From positions 198,874-262,873 of the forward strand of contig QPGO01000029.1 of NCBI GenBank assembly GCA_008632985.1: a DNA stretch of 64,000 bases. The letters are read 5' to 3'. The stretch is from Psammoneis japonica. Its lineage: Eukaryota. The notes beneath the pieces are model-generated. The model was not told the DNA's origin. It made no database searches and was given only the letters and a program-made list of their open reading frames with translations. The position numbers were made by a program, and so were the translations under genes. Positions within the stretch are counted from its first letter, which is position 1; the number at the start of each line of letters is the position of its first letter. Of the stretch, positions 43,172 to 56,918 are shown in pieces.

Positions 43172-43408
43172 CTTCACAATCTTCAGTCGACTGCAGTACT
43201 CGATGTGAAAAGGAGTTCAAAGTTGGAAGTGGTGAAGGCAAAAAAAAAAGTGCGCGAAAAAAGTGACAGGTTGTGGTGGAATAGGTTATGTGTCATGTCG
43301 AAAACGAAGGGAGAAAGCCTCGCTCTCTAGAGCTAGAGTAGATAGCTAGAGAGTAGAGGTATTCACTCGAATTCAATCCTTTTATTCTATTGATTAGATA
43401 GTTTATTA

Positions 43409-44439
43409 TTATTTGTCGTCCGACCTTGGTAGTTTACGTCGTCCTGCACTACTGCTGTCCTCGATTGCGTCGACATCGATAGCACCCTCACGACCAAACT
43501 GTCCGAGGCTCAACGCCTTTGCCACATCAGTATCCGCATAGAATGTATCAACAACCCAGCTTCAAATGAACATTCAACATTTAAGAAAAAATAACGCTCT
43601 AGTTAGGACAGACGTCGTGACCTTTTCTATCCGAAAGGACCAAGAAAACTTACCACAAGGTTGCCAAGGCAATATGTCTGTAAGCGGGAGAATCTCTTCC
43701 GCAAATTCTAGAACAAATAGAATGTTGCTCCCATACAATGATCGCAGCGCCAAGCCTGCAATGGGTGCCCATACAACATCTGTAACCTCTCCCAATATCG
43801 GGACTAGTTCGGATGAACTACCAATGACATCAATCGCTATGCACAAAAGAAGTTTCCCAAAATCAGGTTGGACGGTGCCCGACTTGATTTCGCTATATTT
43901 GAATGAGAACCCGAATCGATGAGCAAGGAATCAACAATGACGAGTGGAATATGTCTTTCTCAGCGCAACAAACTCACGTTGCTTTGACAAAAGGCTTTTC
44001 CCCGCCTTTATCTTCTCGAAGCGCCGGTATGTTGTCCGAAATAAAGGATCCAAGTTTAGAAATCTGTGTGCAGCGACGGAGGCAATTATAGCAAATACCG
44101 CAGCAGCCAAGACTTGTCCAATAATGAAAGAAATGAACTTTGCTTTCAGTCCAGCCCAAAACACATTGGAGACGACGACCGGATCAACACCACTGCCATC
44201 AAAAACTTCAACAGCCGTCAAATGTGTACTCCCAAAGGACATATCATTCAGTAGAGGGGGAAGCGCTTCTAGAGTTACAGAATTCACGGTCTCTGCACAA
44301 GCTGGGGTTGCTTTGGCGGAAAACACGTCTTGTGTTCACTCCGCGGTGAATCCATCCACGAACTCCGATTGTATTATGAACGCCGTCAAAAGCCATTGTG
44401 AACGGAATATGAAAGACCGATATCTACCGCATATTTCAT
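43409..44439 (-). CDS. Hypothetical membrane protein, probably plastid-targeted; one intron and apparent frameshifts (start approximate)
   Basis: Coding-like fragments VDPVVVSNVFWAGL and CIAIDVIGSSSELVPILGEVTDVVWAPIAG...EEILPLTDILP. Confidence 0.55.
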
Positions 44440-44967
44440 GTTGTGTTATGAAAGTTGCGATTGTCGAAGATGAACAGATGACAACACTCCTTCGAACCTG
44501 TTCCCTCACTCCTCACCCTTCCACGTCTCGATCTCGGATGTCGGAGCGAGGGAGAATCGAAAGTTATGCGCGAGTGTGCGCGCGAGTAGTAAGTAAAGTG
44601 AGTCAGAGGTGTTAGAAGCACTAGCGCTCAAATTCTATAGATCTCATCTGACGTACTTCGCTCTGGCACGCAGCACGTGGTATTGTTTCTACGTAGCGTC
44701 TAACCGTCACATGTTTTGCGCCAAAAAATTATGGAAGGCGCGGAATCATCATCTGGCGCCACTGCCACTTGTCAACTCTACCTTAGCAAATGTTCAGGGA
44801 TACAACTGACACGTTCCATCGGCCAAGAGAGAGCGAACGTCGAGCACCTAGCTGACGCGGTTTTGGAGAATCCACTATTTTTCAAAATTAATTTGATTTT
44901 CGTACACCATTCGATGATACTCAAAATGATGAAAGTTGGTAGCTGCAACGAAAGGAAGGCACGATCC

Positions 44968-46191
44968 ATGAGGGCTTCATTCTTCCAAGCTTTTTCCCTC
45001 ATCTTCGTCGTGTTTATGATGGCAGTTTCACAGCTGGCCGCAGCTTTTTCTCCTCTGTGCTCGACACCCACGAAAGCTGGGTCAGTGTCACTTCATTCCG
45101 CTCGCGATAATGAAGAAACCCATACACCAAAAAGTATTGATATGAGACAAAGCGGCGAAACTACGCGACGAATGGCAATGGCCCAAGCCGCCGTTGCTAC
45201 AATGGCGGGTATTTTGGGAGTTCAGCCAGCCAGAGGGGCTGTTGGATCCCTGCCAGAATATTCTGATACCAATGCTATCATACAAGGAGTCACCATCAAT
45301 GTGGCTGACCAATCTCAGCAGGATGCCATGATTAAGTTTTTGCAGGAAGCCTTTGATTTCCAAGTGCTGCGTCAAATCAAAGCAGGCGGCAATGCCGACA
45401 CGGTGAGTATTGACTTTGGGTGTCGTTGATACTTGTGCTAGTCTCTATCTTATACTTTTCACGACGATGTGTTCTCCCTTCATGTCGGTGACTTGCAGTG
45501 GATGGGATTTGGACGGGAGCAATTGAGCATTCCGTCGGATTTCACGTTGCCTGTGTCTTCTTTTGCAAAGTATGGTGGTCATGCGTCAATTCACATTCGC
45601 TACGATGCTCAGGCCACTGATGTTTACTACAGGAGGGGCGAGGAGGCCCCTGGTGACAACCTCGCGTACTTACAGGTTGGTGTTCCGCAATACAGAATAT
45701 CGAAAATGGTTGAGAACGGTGGAAATATTATTGATGCTTTTGGAATTGTGAATGTCGTATCCCCCTGTGGTTTGCCAATGAGAGGAATTGTTGGGATTAG
45801 CCCGGATCCAATCATGTTTGTGGCTATCAACTGTCAGGATGTGCAGCAGAGCCGTGCCTTTTATGAGCATCTAGGATTTGTGGAGCAGGAATACCCGTAC
45901 GCTAGACCCTCTAAGGGAACGGGACAGTTTGAGCCTCCACAGCTTGCCAAGTCAGTCTATTTGGCTCCCTCACCAAACTGTATGGGCGTTCTGTTACTGC
46001 CGACCCAGAAGAAACGGAAAAACCTAAAACCAAACCCCGTTCTCCGGTCCTTGAATGTTGTCTACACACCTTCCGAAGGAGCGGGTGATTCCGGAGATGA
46101 TACAACGGTGACAGACCCATCTGGTATTTCAATTTCATTCCAGTCCGTGTCGCAGTTTGAAGCTGAACAGCAGAAATCAACAATGTTCTAA
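44968..46191 (+). CDS. Plastid (possibly thylakoid lumen) protein with glyoxalase/VOC-like repeats; intron about 45403-45498
   Basis: Signal peptide + AAAFSP, twin-Arg TRRMAM followed by a hydrophobic stretch and ARG, and VOC-like motif INCQDVQQSRAFYEHLGF. Confidence 0.7.
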
Positions 46192-47481
46192 TCGAGCGTC
46201 AACAGGAAAGCATTGACATAGAAGAGCCAAGCATTGTCATCTACGACTTCTTGAACGCTAGCAATTATTACTTTAAAAAGAAGAAGTCACGCCTTACAGA
46301 ATACCTTGCAAGTGACGGTTCTCATTCAGTCTGATAACTTTGCAAGGCTTTACGCGCAGTTCAAAGTCGGAAGGCGCTTGAGAAATCAGACCTCCAAATA
46401 ACTTGCATTTCGGTCCCAGGATTTTCTCACGCCCCGTTGTATCGATATCAATCACATTTATACCTCCATTCGCTTGTGCCAATGTAGCAACTTGCGCTAA
46501 CGATACATCCAGTAAAACCGCTAGAAGCATTCGCAAGTAGGTAGAGTGGGATACCGCAATTATGGACCCGCCATTTTCGACTGCACCTTGCTCCAACATT
46601 GACAACGCATCAACGGCACGGTTGAGCACCTCCCGCCCACTTTCTCCGCCATCCTCTGGCCTTGTGTCAATGAAACCCGTCGACCAGGCTCCGTACGTAC
46701 GAGCCATGTCGGCTCTAACTTGAGCGACTTTCTTTCCCTCCAGCGCCGGACCAAAGTCAACTTCAGTTAACAATGGCAAAGTCTCCAGTTGTGTGCTTGT
46801 CGGTATTTGTTTAGAGGCAATTTGTGCGGTTTGAGTTGCTCGCAACATGTTAGAATGCATTATGAGATGCGGTATGTTTTCTTCATTCAGTCGAGCAAAG
46901 GCCATGCCCAGAGTTTCAGCCATGGCTTCTCCATTGTTGTTTAGCGGTGGATCAACTCGTGCACCTTGAACGCGGCGCAATCGATTGTTTTCAGTTTGAC
47001 CATGGCGACAAAGATATAATCGGACACAGTTTCTGGAAACGGGTGGAAGATCGAGCAAACAATCGAGATTGGCAGTGGCGACTTCTTCTTCTTCTTCAGA
47101 CGCCGCGCAGGCAGAAATATTATATTTTCTAGGGCCCTATCCCAAACTGGGGTGATTTCTATCCCACGTGTTTCGTCTGTCGGATGCCCGTGTTTCGGAT
47201 AGAATCCGTTGCGATCAATATAGACTATATAGAGCATGAATAGTTACATGTTATTTGAAATTTTTCTTTCTGCATCATTCATTTTCCAATTCCAAATTTA
47301 GTAGTAGGAAAACGGCGCGAACACTTTCTCGGCACTCCAGGGAAAAAGCGATTCAGCTACTCATAACGCTGACAATGCATTAGGGCCCTATGCGTTTTGC
47401 TGTCTTGTTGCATTTCATTACTCTCATGACTGCTCACTTTTCTGTTCTTACTTTTTGTTTGCAGGAGCAAACCATCAAACC

Positions 47482-50400
47482 ATGAGTGATGCAGTCAACA
47501 AGAGCGTCGTGATCGATCTTTGTTCCCACGATGAAGAGTCGTCTTCCGACGAGAAACCCGCTGCCTCCAAGAAACACAAGTCGTCTGACGATTACCCATC
47601 CAGTGACGAAGAAATTACCTTCTTGCGGGAGGTCATAGTTATTTCATCGGATGATGAAGAAGATCCTTCGAAGAAAAAGGCTCCAAGTTATTCCGCTTCG
47701 CCTCGCTCCAATCTGAAAGTAAGGGGCAAACCCGCCGCCGCCAGCAACAACAAAAAGAAAGGTAAGCGTCAGGATAATGTCAAAGTGTTGTTTCTTTCAT
47801 CCAATGGCAATGAGCTTACGAAACAACCGCCACGTCTTCTGCTGTTTCAGCTGCTGACGCACTTGGAGCCATGACGAAACGCGCCGCCAACAAGACTGCG
47901 AATGCTGGCACCAAAAAGAATACGAGTGCGAAACGTCGTACTTCTGCAAAGAAAGACGTAACCAGTGATGTACTTGGAGTCATGACGAAACGCGCCGCCA
48001 ACAAGACTGCGAATGCTAGTACCCAAAACAATACGAATACGAAACGTCGTACTGCTGCAAAGAAAGACCAAGCCAGTGACGCACTTGGAGCCATGACGAA
48101 ACGCGCCGCCAACAAGAATGCGAATGCAGGTACCAAAAAGAATACGAATACGAAACGTCGTACTGCTGCAAAGAAAGACCAAGCCAAAAACATCAAGGAG
48201 GAGAAGGTCGATTGCACTTTGGTCAAGTTGGATCCTTCTCTTACCTGCAACAACCCCGCCAATCAAAGGCTTCATTATGATTTTGCACGACACATCAATG
48301 ATTGGATCGACACTATTGTTGAAAGCTCCATGTTTAATACCAGGCAGTACCGCGGCAAAGTGGACGTTATGAAGGGTTTTTCCCTATCTATTTCTGCTGT
48401 ATGTGAAATGCTTCATACCTTGCTGCTTTTGATCTTCTGATACTTACACGGCTTTCATTTTTTATGACTGTTCCTTACTCACAGACGTCTGCTACCCTTG
48501 ACACTGTCGGCAAAGTGAAGAAACACGTTAGTGGACTTGGCCCGAAGTACACGACCTTATTTGAGGTCTACTTTCACCACGGTCGTTTTATTGACACGTC
48601 ACTCAATATTAAGGACTAGTTGACGACAAGACAGAGCCACCACTGGAGCGCAATGATAGTAACAAGAAATGGAAGCCACGCCACATTTGTCGCGTCTTCG
48701 TTACAAATGTTGCAATGGCCTCTTTTGTACCAGCCATTGCGAGTCGTGGAGATGTCCATTCACGGATAGTGTTGTCCGCTGACACAACACACAAGACCTT
48801 TGTTTGCGCTGGCTTCCGTATCCTTATCGTTTTTGTGAATGACGCGACCCTGTCAGCAAAGATCCTTGGGTTCCTCGTCACATGTACGGAAGATGGCGGC
48901 GACTACTGCTTTGCAACACGTGCAGTCCGTAATGTGTCCGAATACATTTGTTCTCTGCCAAACAGTGAGCTACCTGGCAACATAACGGAACTGCCGTTCA
49001 ACCTTCCATCTCCTGTTCCACCGTGTACCATGGACAAGCCATTTTCGTTCGACGCTGACGAGGTAGCACTGGAGCAACGGTGCAACGACGACTTTGTCAC
49101 GATGCAGTCGCAACGATATCGATCCCGACTGTCGGAAGACACCCGACGCAAGATTACCGATTCAGCTTCCTATTTCCCTGAACTGATTCCACAACCTCAA
49201 GATGGATCTGTGCACTCGACATTTCGGTGGGACACCAAGGGACTCGTATTTACGTCCAACTCGGACGGTGACAAGGCAATACCGAATGGGCTAGGTGCTG
49301 CGGTACCTGCAATGATCTATAATCACAACGACTGCTGGGCTCATTTGCTCCGACATTTAAGAAAAGTCATGGACGGAACCGAGCATACGCAGTATTGTCC
49401 AATCACAATACAGGAACCCCGATTTCAACGCATCTCTGACAAAGAGAAACGGAAAGAAGAACTCAAGAAGGTTAGACAAAAATTGTACAACTACGTCAAG
49501 GATTCTCTGTACGAGGTAAAGTTCGTTACCTCTCGCTCTCTTTCGACTCTTCTGTTTGAGGAGCTCGTATCCGACCTGGAGCACGGAGATGTCCCTGGTG
49601 TGCCAGGATCATTTGCCAATTTCGCTGAGTATATCAAGACTACATTTGCCCGTTGCACGAATAATGGATCTCATGGCACCTGGCGTTATTCGGACTTACT
49701 TGATGTGACCAACAGTTGCTGCGACAGCCACAGCGGTGAGTTAGTCAATACAACAAACGACCCGACTGACCTCCACTTTGGTTTGCCTGACAACACCAAT
49801 TCTGATGAGGCTCACAACAAACTCCTAAAGGAAGGCATGGAACGTCGACGCCAAACCGTAGCAGGAAATTTGAGCTTCCTGATGGACTATGGAAAAGAAT
49901 ATACAGAAAAAGAATGCCTGATGCATGGTGTTAGTTATCTTCCAGTCCCATACGGTAGCGAAAGAATCCCGACATCAAGACATGCAGAGGACTTACGTGT
50001 TGGAATGCAATTTCTCGGACACGATCCCACTCCAGGCCTGCAGTACCTACGCCAAGGAGGGGTTGTTTTACAGGAGGGACGCGGCATGGACTCCAAAGTG
50101 TACATGCTCAGTGGCGACCATGAGTTACTGTATCTTCATCAGCAAACAACAGGTGAAGTTGACCCCCCCATTCCGCGTAAAGGGTGCGACACAAAGAAGG
50201 CGCAAGTGAAACTGTGGTACAAGAAATACAAGCAAGTGACCAAGGCAACTGAAGAACAACTTCGTGCAATGGCGACAAGAGGTGCAAAACAAATATACAT
50301 GGAGGCCAATGGCTTACGTACCCTTCCAGACCATGTTGACCCAAAGAAATGGAGGCTGGCATGGGGAAAAGCAGTGGACGAACTTCATGAATACCAACGA

Positions 50401-50706
50401 TCATTCGCCGTCGTCACTCCCTTAGATGCAAACTTTGAAGGTATTCAGGAGTGCGAACCGTTCCGAGTTCAGCACAAATATCGCGACCAAAACGTTGTAT
50501 ACAAATGGCGATGCACGTGTCGTAAGGCTCTGCAGTATGGATTCTGTCCCCACATATTCTTCATGACGCACACGAACCACAACATTCTCGAAGGATATGG
50601 TAACCAGGACATCCCTCCTGCAGCCGCAACCTTTGCTAATGGACAAAAACGTAAGCCTGGCCGGCCAAAGAAAACACCCGGCGCTTTGATCCGCATGGAA
50701 GACTAA
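47482..50706 (+). CDS. MULE transposase with SWIM zinc finger and C-terminal AT-hook-like motif (5' exon structure uncertain)
   Basis: LSADTTH (D), SDGDKAI (D), HNDCWAHL (CxxH), TNSDEAHN (E), CTC..FCPH (SWIM), KPGRPKK. Confidence 0.82.
47856..48186 (+). repeat. Three tandem 111-bp coding repeats (37 aa, Lys/Ala/Thr/Asn-rich)
   Basis: ATGACGAAACGCGCCGCCAACAAGA recurs at 47871, 47982 and 48093. Confidence 0.95.
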
Positions 50707-51912
50707 TCACTAGATAACTTTTGAAATCCCTGGTTTATGGAACGATGCATTCGGTGAGTTGAGATAATTAATTCAAAACAGACAGTGCATTCAATGACAA
50801 GTACTTACTGCCACAAGCCAAACAAAGGCATCCACAATGAATTGAGCCTGAGTTCGTCAATAACTAAAGATTTTACTCGACAATGTATCGCTCAAACCGA
50901 GCTGCAACAACTTCGATTGAAGCAATGTAGTATACCAGCAGAAATGTGGACCTTCAATCATACCGGTAGAGTACATCATTGTTGACTGCGCTACTCGTGA
51001 TGGTTGTCAACCATATAGCAACATTTCAAGCAATAATCATATACGTCGTATTATATATAACACATTCCCAACTTGTCGTGAGCCAAATCTTTGTCGTAAC
51101 GGCGTAGTACGGCGCCGTGAAAACACGCCATTGTGCTGCGTTCGTCTGAGTGCTCTGGTCGCGGCTGCGGTCGCTGCAGTCGCGGGAGTCAGCAATTTTT
51201 GTATATGATCTACATGTCATTTATGTTTTAATTATCTATCTGCACCGTTAAGAATGCCGTATGCACTGGTATTAATTCTACGTATGGAAGTGATACACAT
51301 GCTTTCAATTATGGATAGAAAATATCGCCAGTTAGGATAGAAAAAAGGTGGGATAGAAAAAAGGCAGGATAGGATAGAAAAATAAATAGGAAGGCCGCGC
51401 AGGAACGTGTACCACCAAGCATAATTGCTGCTGAGCTGAACTGAAGGAATTGCCTGCGATCTGTCAAACTGTCGTTGGATGGAATATGTGGTTCTCCGGG
51501 AACCCGTTTTACACCTTCATCAAAGGCATCATTCAGGTTGTTTCCTGAGGATGCCCAACGTGCTGTGTTGCACGAGTTTCTCACGCCATCGAACGAGGTT
51601 CGCAAGTCTTTGAAAACGCCCACGGGGCTTTGGGAAAAGCTTTCAACATTGCAGAAAATGCCAATAACCCAAATTAAGGTTGTTAAAGTAAAAGCAGCAG
51701 ACAAGTGCCGTAGAACACCCCCCACCGCCATTGTTCCTCCGATCGGGCGCAGGACAATTTGATTTTTGACAGAGCTGATCCTGACGTGCGCCACGCCGAC
51801 ACGTGGCACAATCTTTGCGTAGAATTCTACGACGAAAATTTTGAAATATCCTGAGAAAAAGATTCCGTCCACTGTTTTCAGTCACATCGACAACGACGAC
51901 ATCAATGCCTCT

Positions 51913-51987
51913 CAGACCCACGAAAAAATGATGTGTTGTCTCAATGACACCATGAATGAAAACATTTCTCATTTTTTCGTGGGTCTG
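51913..51987. repeat. Perfect 19-bp inverted repeat with 37-bp spacer
   Basis: CAGACCCACGAAAAAATGA (51913-51931) and its reverse complement (51969-51987). Confidence 0.9.
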
Positions 51988-52561
51988 GGATGTTCTCGCA
52001 TGAAATAGAAGTCGCATTCGTCGACTGATGACAACAGTGGTTTGGAGCAATGAAAAAGATTTGCGCGGTGAAGTGTGCACAGCACACATGGTTTGTGAAT
52101 TCAAAGTTCCAGATTCCAATTTTACGACGCACACCCAAGTGAATTTGACACGGACAAACAAGCTCACCGTTCGCCTGGTCAAACGCCAAAACTTTTGACG
52201 CAAGATAAGCCATGTGCACTGGCACTAAATTCACACACAAAAATTACGTAGAAATTTTCCTAAAAATCAGGGTTTGGGCCGATTTCGCTCGCCAGAAATG
52301 AGCGAACGTCGCCAAAGGCCACCTGTCCACTGCCCACCATGACGACTTTTCCCGTTGCTGCCCACCCACACCCTGAATTGTGCCATCAAGGGACGGTCAA
52401 TGTTTGCTGATGCATGCCCCCAGTGGTTCATTGCACTGAGATGGGCAAAGCAATTCGATGGCATTGCATCTCGAAGTGCCCGGGTCTTCGTCACTCGCGA
52501 GAATGCAACTTCGCACGTGCATCGGAGTTTGCAGATTGACCGATCCACGGAAACTTCCTCT

Positions 52562-52928
52562 TGCACTGTGCTCGAAGAACGAGTGCAAACGAAAGTAGAG
52601 TGGTGTGCGAAAAGTGGAAATTATAAGATCAAATTTTGCTCTGTGATTTTTGGTTTCTCCGAACGAGTTCTCAATGGCCCAAAGCTTCTGCACTGCTTCT
52701 GCAGACAAAAGGCCTTTCGGAGAATACATTCGTGACAACAGATTGTCCGGATGTGATTGCTGTTGACACGCAAGATGTCAACATCGTCAATCGATCGTAT
52801 TTGCAATTCTCGACATCCGATCAACTCTGTGTGATCGTTCTGTCCTTTGTGCGCATCCACGACTGTGGTGCGATTGACGTGTAAATGACATGCAATCATG
52901 GGCATGTGTGTGACAGTCGCACACTGCA
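52562..52928 (-). repeat. Gypsy 3' LTR
   Basis: Ungapped match to 56919-57285. Confidence 0.93.
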
Positions 52929-55900
52929 TTCGCCTCCCTAATTGCACATTGGAGTCATTTGTAAGTGGACCATTCGACGGACATCAACAGTGTCAACAAT
53001 GTCTCCACTTTCACTGCACTGTGCCATCAGCAATGACTGTTGTTGTTTTGTACAGGCAACACAGGGCCGTTCCAATTTCCGAATGTCTTTTGAGAGTGAC
53101 ATTGTTTGTTTCTCACTTAACATGCACACACACAGTGTTGCGTCGAGCATTCTCATTGACGTTCTTGTTGATGTGAACACAAGGACCAATTGTCCTGGAG
53201 CAAGTGTTTTCCTGATGTCGATTGTACATGGCATCGTGCCCAGCACTTAATGTGCGCTCTTAATTGTGGCGTTCACTTGCTTGCTTGTGGATTTCATGTA
53301 GTTTGGCGGGCTCACTTTATGTGCCACATTGCTCTGCTGCACTGCCACGTTTCACAAGCAACAACAAACGATGGTCAAAGATGTTGTGACCATTTCGTCT
53401 TGACAATCAATCCTGTGATGGTTGTGAATTCCATCATGGATTTTTTTTTGCACTTCAACCATCTATCAGTTGGATTTTAATTGTCATTTGGATGTTTCTT
53501 TCTGACATGCCGGTGTCATTTTGTCATTCCGAAGGCACTGGTTTCGTGCACTGAGTGGACAAATGTCCATTTTTCTTTTCTTTTTCTAGATCTTTGGCAC
53601 ATCTCGTGTGTCGACATGATGTGTGTTTTAATGTCTTGCCTCGTACATTGTACAACACAACCGTGCGGGTGTTGTGAGATTGTCTTTTGCCAGTGTGAAG
53701 TGGACACGTACAATGTGTGCCAATCTGTCACTGTTTTTTCCTAAATCGTCCTTTAAAAAGGCGATTTTATCCTTGTGACATGAGCATTTTTCGATCTCGC
53801 TCGCCTCCACGAAAAGTGTTCGTATGACATGTCGCGTCCGACAATTTGGAGGGAATGTCTGTGTCCCGTTTTAACGGCAGGACATTGTCGTAGGATTCAA
53901 TTTTCCACAGCAAGTCGGCTGATCGCGTCTGTCGCGACGATGTTCGCCTTGCCCTCGTTGTGTTCTAATTCGGGACTGAAGTTGTCAACGTGTGACTTTG
54001 TCCGTTGTGTCTTGTGATCCGTTCATGCACAAATCTGTTGGCCAAACAGCACATTTCGGAATTTTGTGAGTGTTTTCACCATGGACAGAAGTTCTTTTTT
54101 CTGTTGCAACACATGACATTGTAATCCGTGTGTGACAACAACACAGTTTTTGATTTGATGCGCTCCACATTTTCGGAGACTTTTCGTTCCGTACTTGCAC
54201 TTTTGCCGTTTGACCTTCATTGAGGTGAATTTGGCTAGCATTGCACAGGAGATCGTTGAGACTGCATGTCTCGACAATGGCAACGTATGACAACGAGATG
54301 TCGCAGTGTTCTTTGCGTTTTTCTCGTGTTGCGATTGGTTGAATCGCCTCCATTTTCTTTGCAATCGATTGCATGTCGTTGCGCATGGAAGTCTTGACAG
54401 TTCATTTCAAGTTAAACAGTGAAGGACTTTTGTTGTTGACCTTCTAAGCAACTGTTCCAGTCGTTTGAATGCCGCACCAAGCTGTTGCTTGTACAGGTGA
54501 CATTTTGAAGTTACTTTTGTCAGGCACAAACGATCACATGCAGTCGTTCTGACAACTTCAAACCTGTCATGAGTTCACTCAAGTGTTGCACAAAAATGTC
54601 TGGGGCTCCACAGATTCTCATTGGAAGTCCACAGCACTCATTTTCTCCCCACGGCATGATTTTCGTGTGAGCACGACGTGTGCTTTTTTCATTTGACATG
54701 GTGGCATTCCATGTTTGAATCAAACAGATTGCATGCATGAAACGTTCTTGCTTCAACGGCATTTCCTGAATGTTGGGTAAAGGATGCACCACCTGCACGA
54801 ACCTCATGCCAAGCTTCTGAGTGTCAGATGCGGTCGAACTCGACCTGTTTTCTTTGGACAACGAGTCTCAGAGTGACTCATTCAGAGCAACTTCATTCTT
54901 GAGACTTCAATCTTTCACAACAGGTCAAACTCCTTTTGATTGGACGCCTCCAAAGACTGTGACAGGAGAAGGTTCTCACGCGTCGTGGAATCGCGTCAGA
55001 TTTTCCACGATGAGATCCACTGATGCTTCCCATGCATTCGTCTGAGGAACTTTTCAAAACGATTTCAACCTCTTGAGAAGAAGATTGAGTTGGTTGTGTT
55101 CATTTGGGTCAGATGCATCGCCGTAGTTGTCACTTGATTAAGATCGATGGCGTGACAATGTGAGTCGAGGACCATTGGCTCCGTTATTGACTCTGTTCAC
55201 GGCGTCACATTTTTCAATGTGATCGGTTTTCAGCTTGAAAACATCGGCGTCGAAGAGTGTGTGAACATTCTTCATAAGGTGATTGCTTCTTCCCATTAGA
55301 TTTCTTCATTTGCGTAGTCCAATGTGACTTGCAGGACTGGACATTAAGTCACGTCCCATGATCGTGTCATTTGAACCTGAAGAAAATTTGGTGTTTTCAA
55401 CATGTGATGTTTGCACGTCAGCATGCCTTAAATTTCGCATGGTGAGAACTGAATTCGGTGTTTACTGTCAGTCGTAAAGAGCTCACCCTTGGTTTCCCAA
55501 GTTTTTGGTGGCGGATTCTTGTGTTCTCAACTTTCGCACGAATTTGCGCAAAATTGTGGTTGACGATGTTCCGTTGTCGATGGGAACACGTAGATGCTTT
55601 TTTTTTTTTTCCTTTCCCAAGGAAGCATTCATATAAATGATGACTCCTGGACTAGCATGAATTATTTCTGCCTTTTTTCTAGGCTTCCTAATGTCCAGTA
55701 AAGCACACAATTCGTGAACAGACCAAAATTATTCTTCGGATTCAGTCTGGATCATCCGATCAAATTGGTGTTTTTCTTCACTGAGGGCATCAGAATCTGA
55801 TTCTTTGCCCCCATGCTCTTTTTCTTTGTTCAAGGAACTCGCTTTGAGTGTTTTTTGAACCGCCTGATCAATCATGACGTTCATCTCTTTTTTTGCGAGC

Positions 55901-56918
55901 GGCATTTTCGTTGTCGCGACGCGACCGCGTGCGATTGCCATTTGAACGGCGCATTTTTGGGTCTCTTTCAGAGTCACCCTTGCACTCTTTTGCTAGTTCA
56001 TTTTTAGAATGGCTTCAATCCGTGATGTGGGTGTTCTTTTTTCAAAGACAAGACCTTGCATTCACTTTGGATTGTTCTGGTACCATGTGGGAGACCATTT
56101 TTGGAACCAAATTTGGAACCTTTTTTATTTTGGAACCAACTGCGCTGTCAGAGCCTGAGTTGATATGTTTTTTCGTCACGGACGTCATGAACGACCTTTA
56201 GATGACTCAAAACTTAATCAGCTCATCAAGGATGAGTTGCAACAGTTGATTGTTTTGGACAGTAGACTGATGCTGCCATCCTTGCGGTGCGAGTGATAGC
56301 TGATAAATCAGCGCTCGGTTTCCCGCTAGATTCGACTTAGAATCCATCTGAGGGTCGCATGGACTCTCATCATTGACCTCTTGGGTCTAACAGAGGCTTT
56401 CTTGCTGTCAAGCAGCTCTGGTTTCTTCAGGTCGTCTCGAAAATAATTTCCCTGATTCTGAAGTGCATTTCCTCGGAGGACATGAGTTGTGAGACGCTTG
56501 AGGTACTTTCCAACGATTCCCTCTTGCTCCTTGAACTCGAGGATCATCGATTCGGTCTCAAAAAACTCTCCAATGGTCTCTCCTTGCATGGTAGACGTAT
56601 TTCTCGGATCTGATCGACTCGGAATTTGCATTCTCTGCAACCATGACTTGGTGTAGATTTTTTGATAATGCGGTGTGCTTGAGAGCCCTTGATCCTTGGG
56701 TGCTTGGAATAGACCGCATTGGAGTGAATCCTCTTGTCTGGTAGACGAAAAACAGCGTTCCATCTTGAGGTGCTGCTCGGCTTGAGCTTCTTCCGCTCCG
56801 AAATCGATTCCAGCAGAACTGATGCGATTCGTTCCTGTTTATAGAAGAATTTGCAAAGGCACACTAGTTAAAATTTTCATTTTCCGTGCTTTTTACCTTC
56901 TGTGGTGTGTGTGCACAA

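Larger units (their letters stand above)
47112..51393 (+). mobile_element. Mutator-like (MULE) DNA transposon, 4.3 kb
   Basis: 10-bp direct repeat GCCGCGCAGG at 47102-47111 and 51394-51403. Weak terminal inverted similarity with repeated CTATCC/GGATAG subterminal motifs. Encodes a transposase. Confidence 0.88.
46294..51731 (-). pseudogene. Histidine phosphatase (phosphoglycerate mutase family) gene with plastid/Tat presequence, interrupted by a MULE
   Basis: 3' part has LYLCRHGQT, GGES and VSHS. 5' part (51394-51731) has signal peptide, ESF and DRRQFL. Removing the insertion plus one TSD copy restores ...GGTRSCAASEEEEEVATANLDCLLDLPP in frame. Confidence 0.88.
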
